From: Chiloscyllium plagiosum
Lineage: Eukaryota
DNA: 64,000 nt
Direction of reading: 5' to 3'
Assembly (NCBI RefSeq): GCF_004010195.1
Contig: NC_057759.1
Location: 2,907,269-2,971,268 of the forward strand
The notes below the pieces were generated by a model. It made no database searches. It was not told the DNA's origin and saw nothing but the letters and a program-made list of their open reading frames with translations. Each line of letters opens with the position of its first letter. Positions within the stretch are counted from its first letter, which is position 1. Below, piece by piece: positions 34,666 through 48,235 of this stretch. The translations under genes and the position numbers were made by a program.

Positions 34666-37600
34666 TATTAGAAATACTGCAGAGTGTGAAAAAAGACAAG
34701 TCCCCTGGGCCGGATGGGATCTATCCTAGGATCCTCTGAGAAGCAAGGGAAAAGATTGCCGAGCCTTTGGCATTGATCTTCAAATCATCATTGTCTACAG
34801 GAATAGTGCCTGAGGACTGGAGGATAGCAAATGTGGTTCCCTTGTTCAAAAATGTTAGTAGAGACAACCCTGGTAATTACAGACCAGTGAGTCTCACTTC
34901 AGTTGTTGGTAAAGTGTTGGAAAAAGTTATAAAAGATAGGATTTCTAACCATCTAGAAAAGAATAATCTGATCTGGGACAGTCAGCATGGTTTTGTGAAG
35001 GGTAGGTCGTGCCTAACGAATCTTATTGACTTTTTTGACAAAGTGACCAAACAGGTAGATGAGAGTAAACCAGTTGATGTGGTGTATATGGATTTCAGCC
35101 AGGCGTTCGATAAGGTTCCCCACAGTAGGCTATTATACGAAATGCAGAGAATGGGATTGTGGGAGACATAGCAGTTCGGATCAGTAAGTGGCTTGCTGAA
35201 AGAAAACAGAGGGTTGTAGTTGATGGAACATATTCATCTTGGTGTCCAGTTACTAGCGGCGTACCGCAAGGGTCGGTGTTGGGTTCACTGCAGTTCGTCA
35301 TTTTTTTTAAATGACCCGGATGAGGGCTTAGAAGGGTGGGTTAGTAAATTTGCGGACGACACTAAGGTCGGTGGAGTTGTGGTGGATTGTGACGAAGGAT
35401 GTAGTAAGTTGCAGAGAGACATAGATAGATGCAGAGCTGAGCTGAGAGGTGGCAAATGGAGTTCAATGTGGGAAAGTGTGAGATGATACACTTTGGATAG
35501 AGTAATCGGAATGCAAAGTACTGGGCTAATGGTAAGATTCTTGGGAGTGCAGATGAGCAGAGAGATCTCGGTGTCCATGTACACAGATCCCTGAACGTTG
35601 CCACTCAGATTGACAGGGTTTAGATTAGATTTAGATTAGATTAGATTACAGTGTGGGTTGTTACGAAGCATAGAGTATTTTGGCCTTTAGTAATAGAGGC
35701 ATTGAGTTCTGGAACCAGGAGGTTATGCTGCAGCTGTACAAAGCTCTGGTACGGCCACACTTGGAGTATTGTGTACAGTTCTGGTCACCACATTATAAGA
35801 AGGATGTGGAAGCTTTGGAAAGAGTGCAGAGAAGATTTACTAGGATGTTGCCTGGTATGGAAGGAATGTCTTACGAGGAAAGGCTGAGGGCCTTGAGGCT
35901 GTTCTCGTTCGAGAGAAGAAGGTTGAGAGGTGACTTAATAGAGACATACAAGATAATCAGAGGGTTAGGTGGGTGGATAGGGAGAGTCATTTTCGAGTAT
36001 GGGAATGGCAAACACGAGGGGACACAACTTTAAAGTGAGGGGAGATAGGTATAAGACAGATGTCAGAGGTAGTTTCTTTACTCAGAGAGTAGTAAGGGTA
36101 TGGAATGCTTTGCCTGCAACGGTAGTAGATTCGCCAAGTTTAAGTGTATGTAAGTCGTCATTGGACAGGCAAATGGATGTACATGGAATAGTGTAGGTGA
36201 GATGGGCTTCAGATTAGCATGACAGGGTGGCGCAACATCGAGGGCCGAAGGGCCTGTACTGCGCTGTAATGTTCTATGTTCTATGTAACNNNNNNNNNNN
36301 NNNNNNNNNNNNNNNNNNNNNNNNNNNNNNNNNNNNNNNNNNNNNNNNNNNNNNNNNNNNNNNNNNNNNNNNNNNNNNNNNNNNNNNNNNNNNNNNNNNN
36401 NNNNNNNNNNNNNNNNNNNNNNNNNNNNNNNNNNNNNNNNNNNNNNNNNNNNNNNNNNNNNNNNNNNNNNNNNNNNNNNNNNNNNNNNNNNNNNNNNNNN
36501 NNNNNNNNNNNNNNNNNNNNNNNNNNNNNNNNNNNNNNNNNNNNNNNNNNNNNNNNNNNNNNNNNNNNNNNNNNNNNNNNNNNNNNNNNNNNNNNNNNNN
36601 NNNNNNNNNNNNNNNNNNNNNNNNNNNNNNNNNNNNNNNNNNNNNNNNNNNNNNNNNNNNNNNNNNNNNNNNNNNNNNNNNNNNNNNNNNNNNNNNNNNN
36701 NNNNNNNNNNNNNNNNNNNNNNNNNNNNNNNNNNNNNNNNNNNNNNNNNNNNNNNNNNNNNNNNNNNNNNNNNTAGGATGCAGAGTTGGGCTGAGAGGTG
36801 GCAAATGGAGTTTAATGTGGGCAAGTGTGAGATGATACACTTTGGATGGAGTAATCAGAATGCAACGTACTGGGCTAATGGTAAGATTCTTGGGAGTGCA
36901 GATGAGCAGAGAGATCTTGGTGTCCATGTACGCAGATCCCTGAAAGTTGCCACTCAGATTGACAGGGTTGTTACGAAGCATAGAGTATTTTGGCCGTTAG
37001 TAATAGAGGGATTGAGTTCTGGAACCAGGAGGTTATGCTGCAGCTGTACAAAGCTCTGGTACGGCCACACTTGGAGTATTGTGTACAGTTCTGGTCACCA
37101 CACTATAAGAAGGATGCAGAAGCTTTGGAAAGAGTGCAGAGGAGATTTACTAGGATGTTGCCTGGTATGGAAGGAATGTCTTACGAGGAAAGGCTGAGGG
37201 CCTTGAGGCTGTTCTCGTTCGAGAGAAGAAGGTTGAGAGGTGACTTAATAGAGACATACAAGATAATCAGAGGGTTAGATAGGGTGGACAGGGAGAGCTT
37301 TTTTCCAAGTATGGGAACAGCAAACACGAGAGGACACAACTTTAAAGTGAGGGGAGATAGGTATAAGACAGATGTCAGAGGTAGTTTCTTTACTCAGAGA
37401 GTAGTAAGGGTATGGACTGCTTTGCCTGCCACGGTAGTAGATTCGCCAAGTTTAAGTGTATGTAAGTCGTCATTGGACAGGCAAATGGACGTACATGGAA
37501 TAGTGTAGGTGAGATGGGCTTCAGATTATTATGACAGGACGGCGCAACATCGAGGGCCGAAGGGCCTATACTGCGCTGTAATGTTCTATGGTCTGAATGG

Positions 37601-39039
37601 ACACTTCAAATTTCAAAGTTGATATTGATCTCACCCTTTCTGCACCCTCTCTGTAGCCTTAGCATTCATTCCTCACTCTGCTCTATTACCCTAATGCATT
37701 TGTGTTACATAACCTGCCTGCATTTTCACTGTACGGAGGTACGTGCAACAAGAATAAAGCAAAACAAATCAAATTGAATGATCCACATTGTTTGTTTGTT
37801 TTTCTACAAATAAAACTCCTATTAAATGATTCCCTTTTGCAAAGCAATGTCGACTGTGCCGGATTGTAACTAGATTTTATGTGTTACATTTGTCTTCCTT
37901 CACGACTGATTGCAGCATTTTCCACCGTGACTGATGTTAAACCCAGCAGCCTATACATTCCTGCCTTTTGTATCCCTGCTTCCATGAAGAGAGGAATATC
38001 CTGCCGTCTGCTGTGGCCACTTAAGAACCTCGAACATTTTGCAAGATTAAAACTCATGTTCTGCCCCCTTCCGGATTGAAGATGGGATGATGAACTCTCT
38101 TGTAGCATTGCATGACTCACAGAAAGAACATGCACATTTCGGGCAGGTGGATCACCTCTCACTGTGTGACATTCCACTGCAAAGGTTCTTCCTTCACCTC
38201 AGTAGTCAGAGTGCAATGTGTGGACACGCAGTCAGCCTCACGTCATGTTATAGTCATGTGATGCATCAATAAGCACACGGTAGTAGATTCGCCACATGTG
38301 TCTCAGCCTGAGGTCTTGCAATATTGAGTGTTGTTAATAAATTTCAAAACATCTGTCTCAACAACAACACAGACTACACGCTATTGGGATGATTCTGCCC
38401 CTTTACCAGTGTTATGTTGTCCTTGTTTTGTTTTTTCAAAAGGGTTTGTAAAGGCAGTGGTGCCGAAATAGTGAATAGACACAGCCTGACTCAACAACCA
38501 GGGGAAGCCTTGATGTTTTTTTAAGTTGTACAATGAAAGGCGAGTGGCCAGTTCTCTCAGCTCAGGTGTTATTTCAGTTTGATTTAATATTACTGGAATA
38601 AAAAAAACGGCTGAGGACCTAGAGAAGCAGCTACAATGAAACAAAGTTCTATGCTCTCAGAGACGTTTTCTTGATTGACTCTACTCTCTGAAACAACCAA
38701 TACTGACCAGAATGTGTAGGTTAGGGTGAATTGGCCATGCTAAATTACCTATAGTGCCCAAGGATGTGATGGTTGTGATAGATTGGTTGTGCGAAATAAC
38801 ACATGTGCGGGTTATTGTGGTTTGCCATACTAAATTACCGATAGTGTCCAGGAATATGTAGGTTAGGTGCATTAGTCAGGGATAAATGCAGAGGGGTAGG
38901 GAAATGCGTCTGGGTGGGTTACCCTCCGGAGGGCCGGTGTGCACTCGTTAGGCCGAGTTACCAGCTTCCACATTGTAGGATTTCTCTGAAAGGAAGGGAT
39001 TTTTGCAAACTGTTCTCTCCTCCTGGTGCACTGCAGGGA

Positions 39040-39120
39040 AACGCAGGCGCAGTGTGGGTTCCGCCGTCGACCTCGCCCTGACTCTCCCCCCCATTATGAC
39101 GTCACAACGCGGAAGTGCCT
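39040..39120 (+). promoter_or_regulatory. Putative CpG-rich promoter of the zinc-finger gene (CRE + ETS)
   Basis: TGACGTCA at 39097-39104, CGGAAGTG at 39110-39117, GCAGGCGCA nearby. Candidate donor CGG|gtatgt at 39243/39244 and acceptor tctcttcttacag at 45559. Confidence 0.55.
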
Positions 39121-39689
39121 TTGTCAGTTTCAGAGTGAATCTCCCTTCTCTGGGCAAATCCTCGACCTGGAAGGCAGAGAGAGAGAGAGAGAGAAGGGGG
39201 CAACTGGAGTGAATGCAGGGACAGAGCAGATTTGCAAACTCGGGTATGTGTGTTAATTACCCGGGTGAGGAGGGACGGAAGGACAGAAATTGGGAAGGGG
39301 GAGGGATAGAGATCTTTTCTGTTTTTACTTTTAAAATGCACAAGGTCCCCACAACTAAATACAGTAGTTAAAAGTGCATGCAATATGCCTCATTGCATCT
39401 TCAAGCTGGCTGCAACGGTTTTGCATCCTCTGTTCGTCCTCCGCCTTGTCTCCACCACATTCTGCTTTCTTCCCCCATCGCCAACCCCCGCCCCCAGGGG
39501 TTGATGCTCAAAATTTCGGTTTGTTCCTCCATTCTTTCCCGGTTGTCTTTTCTAATTATTGAGAACTTTCCCAATCCTCTGAGTATAGGAGAAGGATGTT
39601 ATGTTGAGGCTGTGCAGGACATTAGGTAGGCCACTCTTGGAATATTGTGTGCAATTCTGGTCTGCCACCCCCTCCCCCATCGGAAGGAT

Positions 39690-42600
39690 AAAGAACAAAG
39701 AACAAAGAAAATTTACATTCCAGGAACGTGCCCTTCGGCCCTGTAAGCCTGAGCCGATCAAAATCCACTGTCTAAAGATGTCGTCGAATTCCTAAGCATT
39801 CCTTGCTCCCTACCTACTCATGCATCTGTCCAGAAGCATCTTAAATGAATCTACCATGCCTGTCTCCATTACCTCTGCAGGCAACGCGTTCCAGGCATCT
39901 ACCACCCTCTTGCTGCATGTATCCCACTTTATCTTTTCACCTGTCACCTTGAAAGCTATCTCTATCTCCCCTGTCAATACCCTTCATGATTTTGGTAAAA
40001 ACAATGACTGCAGATGCTGGAAACCAGATTCTGGATTAGTGGTGCTGGAAGAGCACAGCAATTGCTCCCCACCTACTCATGCATCTGTCCAGAAGCATCT
40101 TAAATGAATCTACCATGCCTGTCTCCATTACCTCTGCAGGCAACGCGTTCTAGGCATCTACCACCCTCTTGCTGCATGTATCCCACTTAAACTTTTCACC
40201 TATCACCTTGAAAGCTATCTCTATCTCCCCTGTCAATACCCTTCATGATTTTGTCGACCTCAATCCGGTTCCCCCTCAATCTCCTTTTTTCTAATGAAAA
40301 CAAACTGAACCTACTTAACCTCTCTTCATAGCTAGCACCTTCTATACCAGGCAAAATCCTTGTAAACTGTTTCTGCATCCTCTCCACATCCTTTCGGTAA
40401 TGTGGCGACCGGAACTCTGCACAGCATTCTAAATGAGGCCGAACCAATGTCATGTACAATTTTAACATGACCTGCCAGCTGTTATACTCAATACCCTGTC
40501 CAATGAAGGCAAGCATACCATATGCCTTCTTGACCACTCTACCCACCTGTGCAGCAACTTTCAGGGTACAATGGACCTGAACTCCCAGATCTCTCTGGTC
40601 ATAACTTTTCTCAAGGCTCTTCCATTTACTTTATAATTTGCTCTAGAATTAGACTTCCCAAAATGCATCACCTTACATTTACCTGGATTGAACTCCATCT
40701 GCCATTTCTCCACCCAACTCTCCAGTCTATCTATATTCTCCTGTATTCTTTGACAGTCCCCTATGCTTTCTGCTACTCCAACAATCTTCATGTCATCTGC
40801 AAACTTGCTGATCATACTAACAGTGCCCACTTCCAGATCATTTATGTATCACAAACAACAGTGACCCCAGCACTGATCCCTCTTGAACACCACTGGTCAC
40901 CTTCTCCATTTCGAGAAACTCCGTTCAACTACTATCTCTGTCTGCTATTGCTCAACCAGTTCTTTATCCACCTAGCAAGAACACCCTGCACACTATGTGA
41001 CTTCACTTTCTCTATTCGTTCATCAAACACCTTACTACAGTCCTTACTACAGTCATATACAGTATATGACATCTATAGCCCTTCCTTCATCTATCAACTT
41101 GGTCACTTCCTCAAAGAACTTTATTAAGTTGGTAAGTCACGATCTCGCCCACACAAAACCATGTTGCCTATCACTGATAAACCCATTCTTTTCCAAATGT
41201 AAATATATTTTATCCCTCAGTACCTTCTCCAGCAAATTTCCCACCACTGACGTCAGGTTTATTCATCTGTAGTTACCTATAATATCCCTTCTTGTACAGG
41301 AGACAATATGAGCAGTCCTCTAGCACCTCACTTGTGTTAAAGGATGCTACAAAGATAGCTGTCAGGACCCCAGCTATTTACTCTCTCGCCATCCTCAGCA
41401 CCTGGAATAGATCCAATCCAGTCCTGGGGATTTATCAACCTTAAAAATCTCTAGCCTACCCAACACATCTTCATTATTTATGTCAATGTGATCCAGAATA
41501 ATCAAACTTCTATCTCTAATCTCAACACTCATCATGTCCCTTTCATCCGTGAACACTGATGCAAAGTAATCATTCAGAATCTCACCCATTCTCTCAGGTT
41601 CGACACACAGCCTTCCTTCATTATCCTTTAGTGTACCAATCCTTTCCCTCGTTACCCGCTTGCATTTTATATAAGAATTAAAAGCTTTGGGAATCTCCTT
41701 AATCCTGCTCACTATAGCTACTTCATGACGCCTTTTAGCCCGCTTGATTCCTCGTTTAAGACTGGTCCAAGTCTCCCAATGTTCCTCCAGGGAGCGTTCT
41801 GTTCTTAGCTGCCTGGATCTTATGTATGCTTCTCTTTTCCTCTTAGCGAGTAACAAGATTTCTCCTGTCATCCAAGGTTCACGAATCTTGCCTTTCCTAT
41901 ATTTTGCCTTCAACGGAACATGCCTATTCTGCGATGTCTTTAACCTATCTTTGAAAGCCTCCCTTATATCAAATGTGGACTTCTCTTCAAATAGCTGTGT
42001 CCAATCTGCATTGCCCAGCTCCTGCCTAATTTTGATATAATTGGTCTTACCCAGTTTAGTTATCTTCCCCTAGGACCACTCTCATCTTTGTCTACGATTA
42101 TTCTAAAACTTACAGAATTGTGGTCACTATTCCAAAAAAAAACCCCAAGGTAACTTTTCCCACCTGGCCTGGCTCATTCCCCAAACCCAGTTCCAATATG
42201 CCCCCTTCCCTCGTCCTACTATTGACATATTGTTCAAGAAAACTCTCCTGGATGCTTCTTACAAATTCCGCCCCATCCAGACTTCTGACACAAAGTGTAT
42301 CCCAGTCAATGTTGGGAAAATTGGAATCTTCCATCTCCACCACCCTGTTGCCTTTACATCTTTCCATAATCTGTTTACCTATTTGTTCTTCTACCTCACG
42401 CTAACTGTTGGGAGGCCTGTAATACAGCCCCAACAATGTAACGGCACCCTTCTTATTTCTCAGCTCCACCCATAATGCCTCACTATTCAAGCCCTCCATA
42501 GTGTCCTCCTTTAGCACAGCCATGAACAGCAATGCAACTCTTCCTCACCCCTGCTTTTTACTTCCCTCCCTGTCCTGTCTGAAGCATCTATATCCTGGAA

Positions 42601-44155
42601 CATTTAGTTGTCGATCATGTCCTTCCCTCAAACAGGTCTCTGTGATTGCAATAACACCATACTCCCAGGCACCAATCCAAGCCCTAAAGCCCTAAGTTCA
42701 TCTGCCTTACCCACTGTACTCCTTGCATTGAAGTACATGCACTTCAGGCCACCAGTTCTTTTGCGTTCATCTGCTCTCAGCCTACTCTTTCCCCTTATTA
42801 ATGCTATCTTCATCATTCTTACAGTCTCCAGTTTCCACCTCACTCTCTACTTGTCTTCTCTTCTGGCCCCCTGCCACATTAGTTTAAAACCTCCCCAACA
42901 GCAGTAGCAAAAACTCCCCCAAGGACATTAGTTCCAGTCTGATTCAGATGTCGACCGTCCAATTTGTAATAGCCCCACCTTCCCCAGAACCGGTCCCAAT
43001 GTCCAAAAAATCTGATCCCTTCCCTCCTACACCATCCCTCAAGCCATATGTTCATCTTGCCTATTCTTTGATTTCTACGCTGGCTAACAGTGGCACTGGT
43101 AGTAATCCTGCGATCACTACGTTTGCGGTCCTCCTTTTTAACTTCTCTCCTAACTCCATGAATTCTGCTTTCAGGACCTCATCTCGTTTTTTACTTATGT
43201 TGTTCATGCCTAAATGGCTGTTCACACTCCCCTTTTAGAATGCTCTGCAGCCGATCGGTGACATCCCTGACCTGAGCATCTGGGAGGCAACATACCGCCC
43301 AGGAGTCCCATTTTCGGCCACAGAGCCGACTATCTACTCCCCTTACAATTGAATCCCCTAATACTATGGCCTTACGAATCTTTTTCTCGCCATGTGCCAT
43401 GATCTTGGCAACTGCTGCCCTCCCCTGGTGAGCCATCTCCCTCAACAGTATCTAAAGCGGTATACCTGTTTTGGATGGAGATGACCACAGGGTACACCTA
43501 CACTGCCTACCTACTCTTTTTTTCTGCCTATTGGTCACCTATTCACTGTCTCCCTCAGCAATTCTAATCTGCTGTGTGACCAGTTCACTAAACGTGCTCT
43601 CCAAGCTTTCCTCAGCATTGTGGATGCTCCACAGTGAGTCCATCCGCAGCTCCAGAGCCATCATGCGGTCAAACAAGAGCTACAGCTGAACACACTTCTT
43701 GCAAGAAGTCAGGAATGTCCGCAACTTGCCTGAGCTTCCACATCAAGCAAGAGGCACATGCCACGGGTCTGAGTCCCTGCCATTGTAAGCCTTAGCTTTA
43801 AATCAACTAACTAAAACCAAACAATACACTTAAATATATGAAAGAAAAGAAAGAGAAAATTTAAAAAAACATACCTTACAGAGTCTTTTTCTTTTGGTTA
43901 GCGGAGGGGGAATGCGGGAGGGAGATATCACATGTCTAGTATCTCGGGTTTAGCCGTTGCCCAAAATACATACTAAGTCCTTACCTTCCCGGCACCCTCC
44001 TGGTCTCCACGTCACCTTCGCTCTGTCTCCTGCTGCTCCTGAACAGGAAAAAGGCTGTGGGTTCCGAAAGTAAGAATTTAAACAGTGTCCTTACCTTCCC
44101 TGCACCCTCCTGGACTCCACGTCACCTCCGCTCTGTCTCCCATTGCTCCCGGACT
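39690..44155 (-). mobile_element. CR1 LINE, near full length, inactivated, nested in an older CR1
   Basis: ORF1 esterase (IVLGDSIVRG..CCLP). ORF2 start GLKCMYFNARS, NFPNIDW, DKSPG, KFADD. (GTTCTTT)n tail. Tandem ~65-bp repeat in the 5' UTR (43977-44040 / 44087-44150). Confidence 0.92.
39803..40253. repeat. 192-bp direct duplication flanking a 67-bp Penelope tail (39995-40061, minus)
   Basis: 39803-39994 matches 40062-40253 with about 5 mismatches. Confidence 0.92.
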
Positions 44156-45954
44156 GGATATTGTGTAACTTGAAAGAGTTCAGAAAAGATATACAAGGAT
44201 GTCTCCACGGTTTGAGGGTTTGAGGTGAATATGCTGAGGCTGTTTTCCCTAGTGCACCGGAGACTGAGGGGTGACCCAAGAGACATTTAGAGTCATAGAG
44301 ATGTACAGCATGTAAACAGACCCTTCAGTAAAACTAATCTATGCTGAACAGTTATCCCAACCTAATCTAGTCTCTTTTGCCAGCACTTGCTATATCCCTC
44401 TAAATCTTTCCAATTCATATACTCATCCAAATGTCTTTTAAATGTTGCAATTACCAGCCTCCAGCACTTCCTCTGGCAACTCATTTCATACATTCACCAC
44501 TCTCTGTGTGAGAATGTTAACTCTTAGGTCCCTTTTATATCTTTCCCTGGTCACCGTAAATCTGTGCTCTCTAGTTCTGACTCACCCACCTCAGGGAAAA
44601 ATACTTTGTCTATTTATCCTATCCATGCCCATCATGAATTTATAAATGTCTATGAGATCACCCCTCAGTCTTCGACTCTCCAGCGAAAACAGCTCCAGTG
44701 TATTTGTCCTCTCCCTATAGCTGAATCCTCCATATTGGTGGTGGATTTCCAGTGCGAGCAGCACTTGGATCGGCGCAACATCGAGGGCCAAAGGGCCTGT
44801 ACTGCGCTGTATTCTTCTATGTTCTATGAGTCCAGAAGTAGAGGATAATAGGTTTAGGGTGATTGGTGGGGGGGGGGAGTGTTTTAAAAGTGACCTCAGG
44901 GGCAACTGTTTCGTTCAGAGGGTGGTCTCTGTGAAGAATCAGCTGCCAGAGGAAGTGGTGGATGCTGGTACAATTATGACATTTAAAAGGTGGGTTTCTG
45001 AAAAGGAATGGTTTAGAGGGATATAGGCCAATCGAACGAGATTAGGTTGGGATATCTCTATGACTCTCGCTTGCCCTCAAGCACGTTTGTATGTTCAGTT
45101 TCTCTCTGATATCAGTGTCAATGCATTGATGTCTTATTCATCCCAACCCCTTTCTGGGGACGTTAACTATTTCATGTACAGTTGTTTCTCAAGAAGCTGC
45201 ATTGCAGGTTCATCCTGAATTTACACACTTTTTTTTGCCTCCCAAAATCAGGCCCGCTCAATCCCAGCAGTATCTCAATGTCGTGAAAGATATTAACTTT
45301 CAGGTGGAGTTATCCAAAATTCAAAGAGATGCCAGTCTTGATGTTTTTGCTTTTCTGTCTCTGTAAGATCCTGAATCAGCACCTTCAGGAGAATTAGTTA
45401 GAGCAGAGTGAGAACAGAGCGGGAGAAAGAGGTCGTGGGATGGTGCTTTCAATGTTTCAGAATAACAAAAGAAAAGAATTTTCCATAGAAAGTGAAACTG
45501 CTTTTTCGAAATTTCTACCTTGCACTAATAGTGATGAGTTTTGTAATCTCTTCTTACAGAGTATTTGAAGATCTAAAGGTGGATGTTTCAAAATTAACAG
45601 ATGAAAGGCTTATGCCTGACTCTCCTCGTCTGTGGATGCTGCCTGAACTGCTGTGCTTTTCCAGCAGCTCACTTTTTGACTTTAACTCTCCAGCGTCTGC
45701 AGTTCTCACTTTCACTTCAATGTCTGCAAGTCACTCCAATCCATCGGGACTGCATCGATTTTAGACTATGATCCTGTGAGATGGAGCAAAGCTTTTTTCT
45801 TCCTGTTTCAGTATGTTTTCAGCATCAGTGGGACTGGGTGAGAGAGCCCAGTGTGGACTGAGTGTGGAACCTGAAACATTTATACAGCCTGGAAAGAGGA
45901 GTTCAAGGAGGGAAGCGGCTGTACACGCGTTTGTGTATAGCTGAAGCTTCAGCC

Positions 45955-47010
45955 ATGGAGAAACCCGAGGAATCCCAGCCCATAGGGAAACCATGGAAGT
46001 GTGGAGACTGCGGGAAAGGCTTTTGTGTCCTATCTGTCCTGGAAAGTCATCGACGCAGTCACACCGGGGAGAGGTCGTTCACCTGCCCTGAGTGTGGGAA
46101 GGGATTTACCCACTCCTCCCACCTGCTGCCCCACTGGCGTCCCCATGCGTCCACCCTCTGGGCCCACCGAGGGGTCCACAATGGAGAAAAGCTATTCTCC
46201 TGCCCTGAGTGTGGGAAGGGATTTCCCTGCTCCTCCCACCTGCTGTCCCACCAGCGGGTCCACACAGGGGAGAGGCCATTCACCTGCTCCCTGTGTGGGA
46301 AGGGATTCAGTCAGCTGGGCAACCTGCAGAGGTATGAGTGGGTCCACACAGGGGAGAGGCCTTTTAGGTGCCCTGAGTGCAGGAAGGGGTTCGCATGTTC
46401 AGCTAAGCTAATGACCCATTAGCGGATCCACACCGAGGAGAGAACGTTCACCTGCTCTCAGTGCGGGAAGGGATTCCTCGATTCTTCCACCCTGCTGACC
46501 CACCAGTGTGTCCACACCGGAGAAAGGCCATTCACCTGCTCTGTGTGCGGGAAGGGGTTCAGTCAGGTGGGCAACCTGCAGACACACCAGCGGGTCCACA
46601 CCAGGGAGAGACCATTCACATACTCTCAGTGCGGGAAGGGATTCCTCGATTCTTCCACCCTGCTGACCCACCAGCGGGTCCTCACTGGAGAAAGGCCATT
46701 CCCTTGCTCCGTGTGCGGGAAAGGATTCAGCGGTGTGCACCCACTGGTGGGTCAGTCAGGATCCATACTGGGCGACGCTTTTCACCTGCCCGAGTTCAGA
46801 AAGGGATCCATTAATTATTATGGCCTACTGACCTACCAGCAGGTCCACACCGGGGAGCAGCCGTTCACCTGCTCCGTGTGCAGTAAGGAATTCAGTCAGG
46901 TGGGCGACCTGCAGATGCACCAGTGGGCCCACACCAAGGACAGCCCTCTCATCTGCTCTAAGTGGGATTTATCCACTCCTCCCACCTGCGGAGGTACCAG
47001 TGAGTTCATG
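45955..47010 (+). pseudogene. C2H2 zinc-finger array gene, disrupted
   Basis: GCCATGG start, MEKPEES..KPWKCGDCGKGF, repeated TGERPF linkers. In-frame TAG at 46420-46422, one half-deleted finger, lost Cys/His ligands, degenerate 3' fingers. Confidence 0.85.
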
Positions 47011-48235
47011 TACCATTGCAGGGGGATTGAAGGAGCAACGGCCTCATGCCGTTCATTGGCTGGACAGTCAACCCAGCTCTGGGGACTTCCAGGTTCAAAT
47101 CCCGCAGTGCAAGATGGCAGAGTTGGAATTCGGGCAGGATCTGTTTTCCCTGGAGAGGGACCTTTTATAGAGGTTCATAAAATCACAAGGGGCATGGAGA
47201 AGTGGTGGAGGCTGGTACAATTACAACATTTAAAAGGCATCTGGATATGTATATGAGTAGGAATGGTTTAGATGGACATGGGCCAAGTGCTGGCAAATGG
47301 GACTAGATTTGGTTAGGATACCTGATCGGCATGGACGAGTTGGATCGCAAGGTCCATGCTGTACATCTCTATGACTCAATGATTCCTTGTGCTCACCAAC
47401 ACGACAGGAATTGTGCCGCACTGCACCTTGTCTGGAGATTGTGTTTGATTTTTCATATGATTCGATACCAATTGAGTGAGACCTAGAAACTGACCAACTA
47501 CTGCACAGCTCCATGAATGGGACTACTCACCACCGGGATGCTAATACAGTTCAATATCCTACTCCCAATATACTACCTGTTGGCGAGAGGAAAAATGATG
47601 CAATATCGAATGGATTTACCAAGACCCATATGTTTGTCCTTTTAAAGGAGTATCTCATTCCTACAGTCGGTCTGCGATTCCACTATTGATTGCACACTTT
47701 CAACAAACAGTGGGAAACAGAATGAAATTTCAACAGGGTTCAGAGGATTGTAAACCCCAAGAATGTCCCACAGCAGCTTCTTCCCGCTCTTCCTCCCTCA
47801 GCAGGCCCACACACAGCCCGAGAATGGCCTCTCTCTTCCCCCCAGCCCACTCACTCCAAGTTCCGGGACCAGTTCCTGCTCCGCTCGGCCTCTTACAAAC
47901 AGTCCCCAGTTCTCCCTGAACTCACCCCGAATCAATCCCGGTCTCGGAGCCCCCTGTGTCCCAGGCTACCATCCCGATGTGCTGCTGGAAGGAGCTGTTC
48001 CCTCACTTCCCTGGGCGCTGATCTCTCCATTGCGGTCTGTTTCAAACAAACCTCTTGTACTCACTGAGTAAATGCTCCTCAATGGCAGCACTGGGGGAGG
48101 GCCTCACGCATGTGCTCCTCTACTCAGGAACAGTAAGCTTTGTGGACAAAAGGCTCAGTTCCAGATACAGTTGGGGCTGGAGTGAGCTGGAGGTGAAGCT
48201 GGATGATCAAAGACATTTCCCTGCTTTGTCTGTCA

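Larger units (their letters stand above)
32961..37590 (+). mobile_element. CR1 LINE, near full length with internal deletion; 3' 0.85 kb repeated across a gap
   Basis: ORF1 esterase (IGDSIVR..CCLPG..VVHIGAND). ORF2 DKSPGPDG, NYRPVSLTS, QHGF, GVPQGSVLG, KFADD. Endonuclease missing at the ~33725 junction. (GTTCTAT)n tail. Confidence 0.92.

Noticed and set aside
38121..38176. Minus-strand AG/GT-bounded segment (ECHTVRGDPPARNVHVLS)
   Set aside because: Phase does not fit the Ig exon and no recognisable domain.
47800..48230. Possible minus-strand first exon or promoter (ctca|gtgagt near 48065, cgcatgtgc motif)
   Set aside because: Only isolated short motifs; no downstream exon identified.
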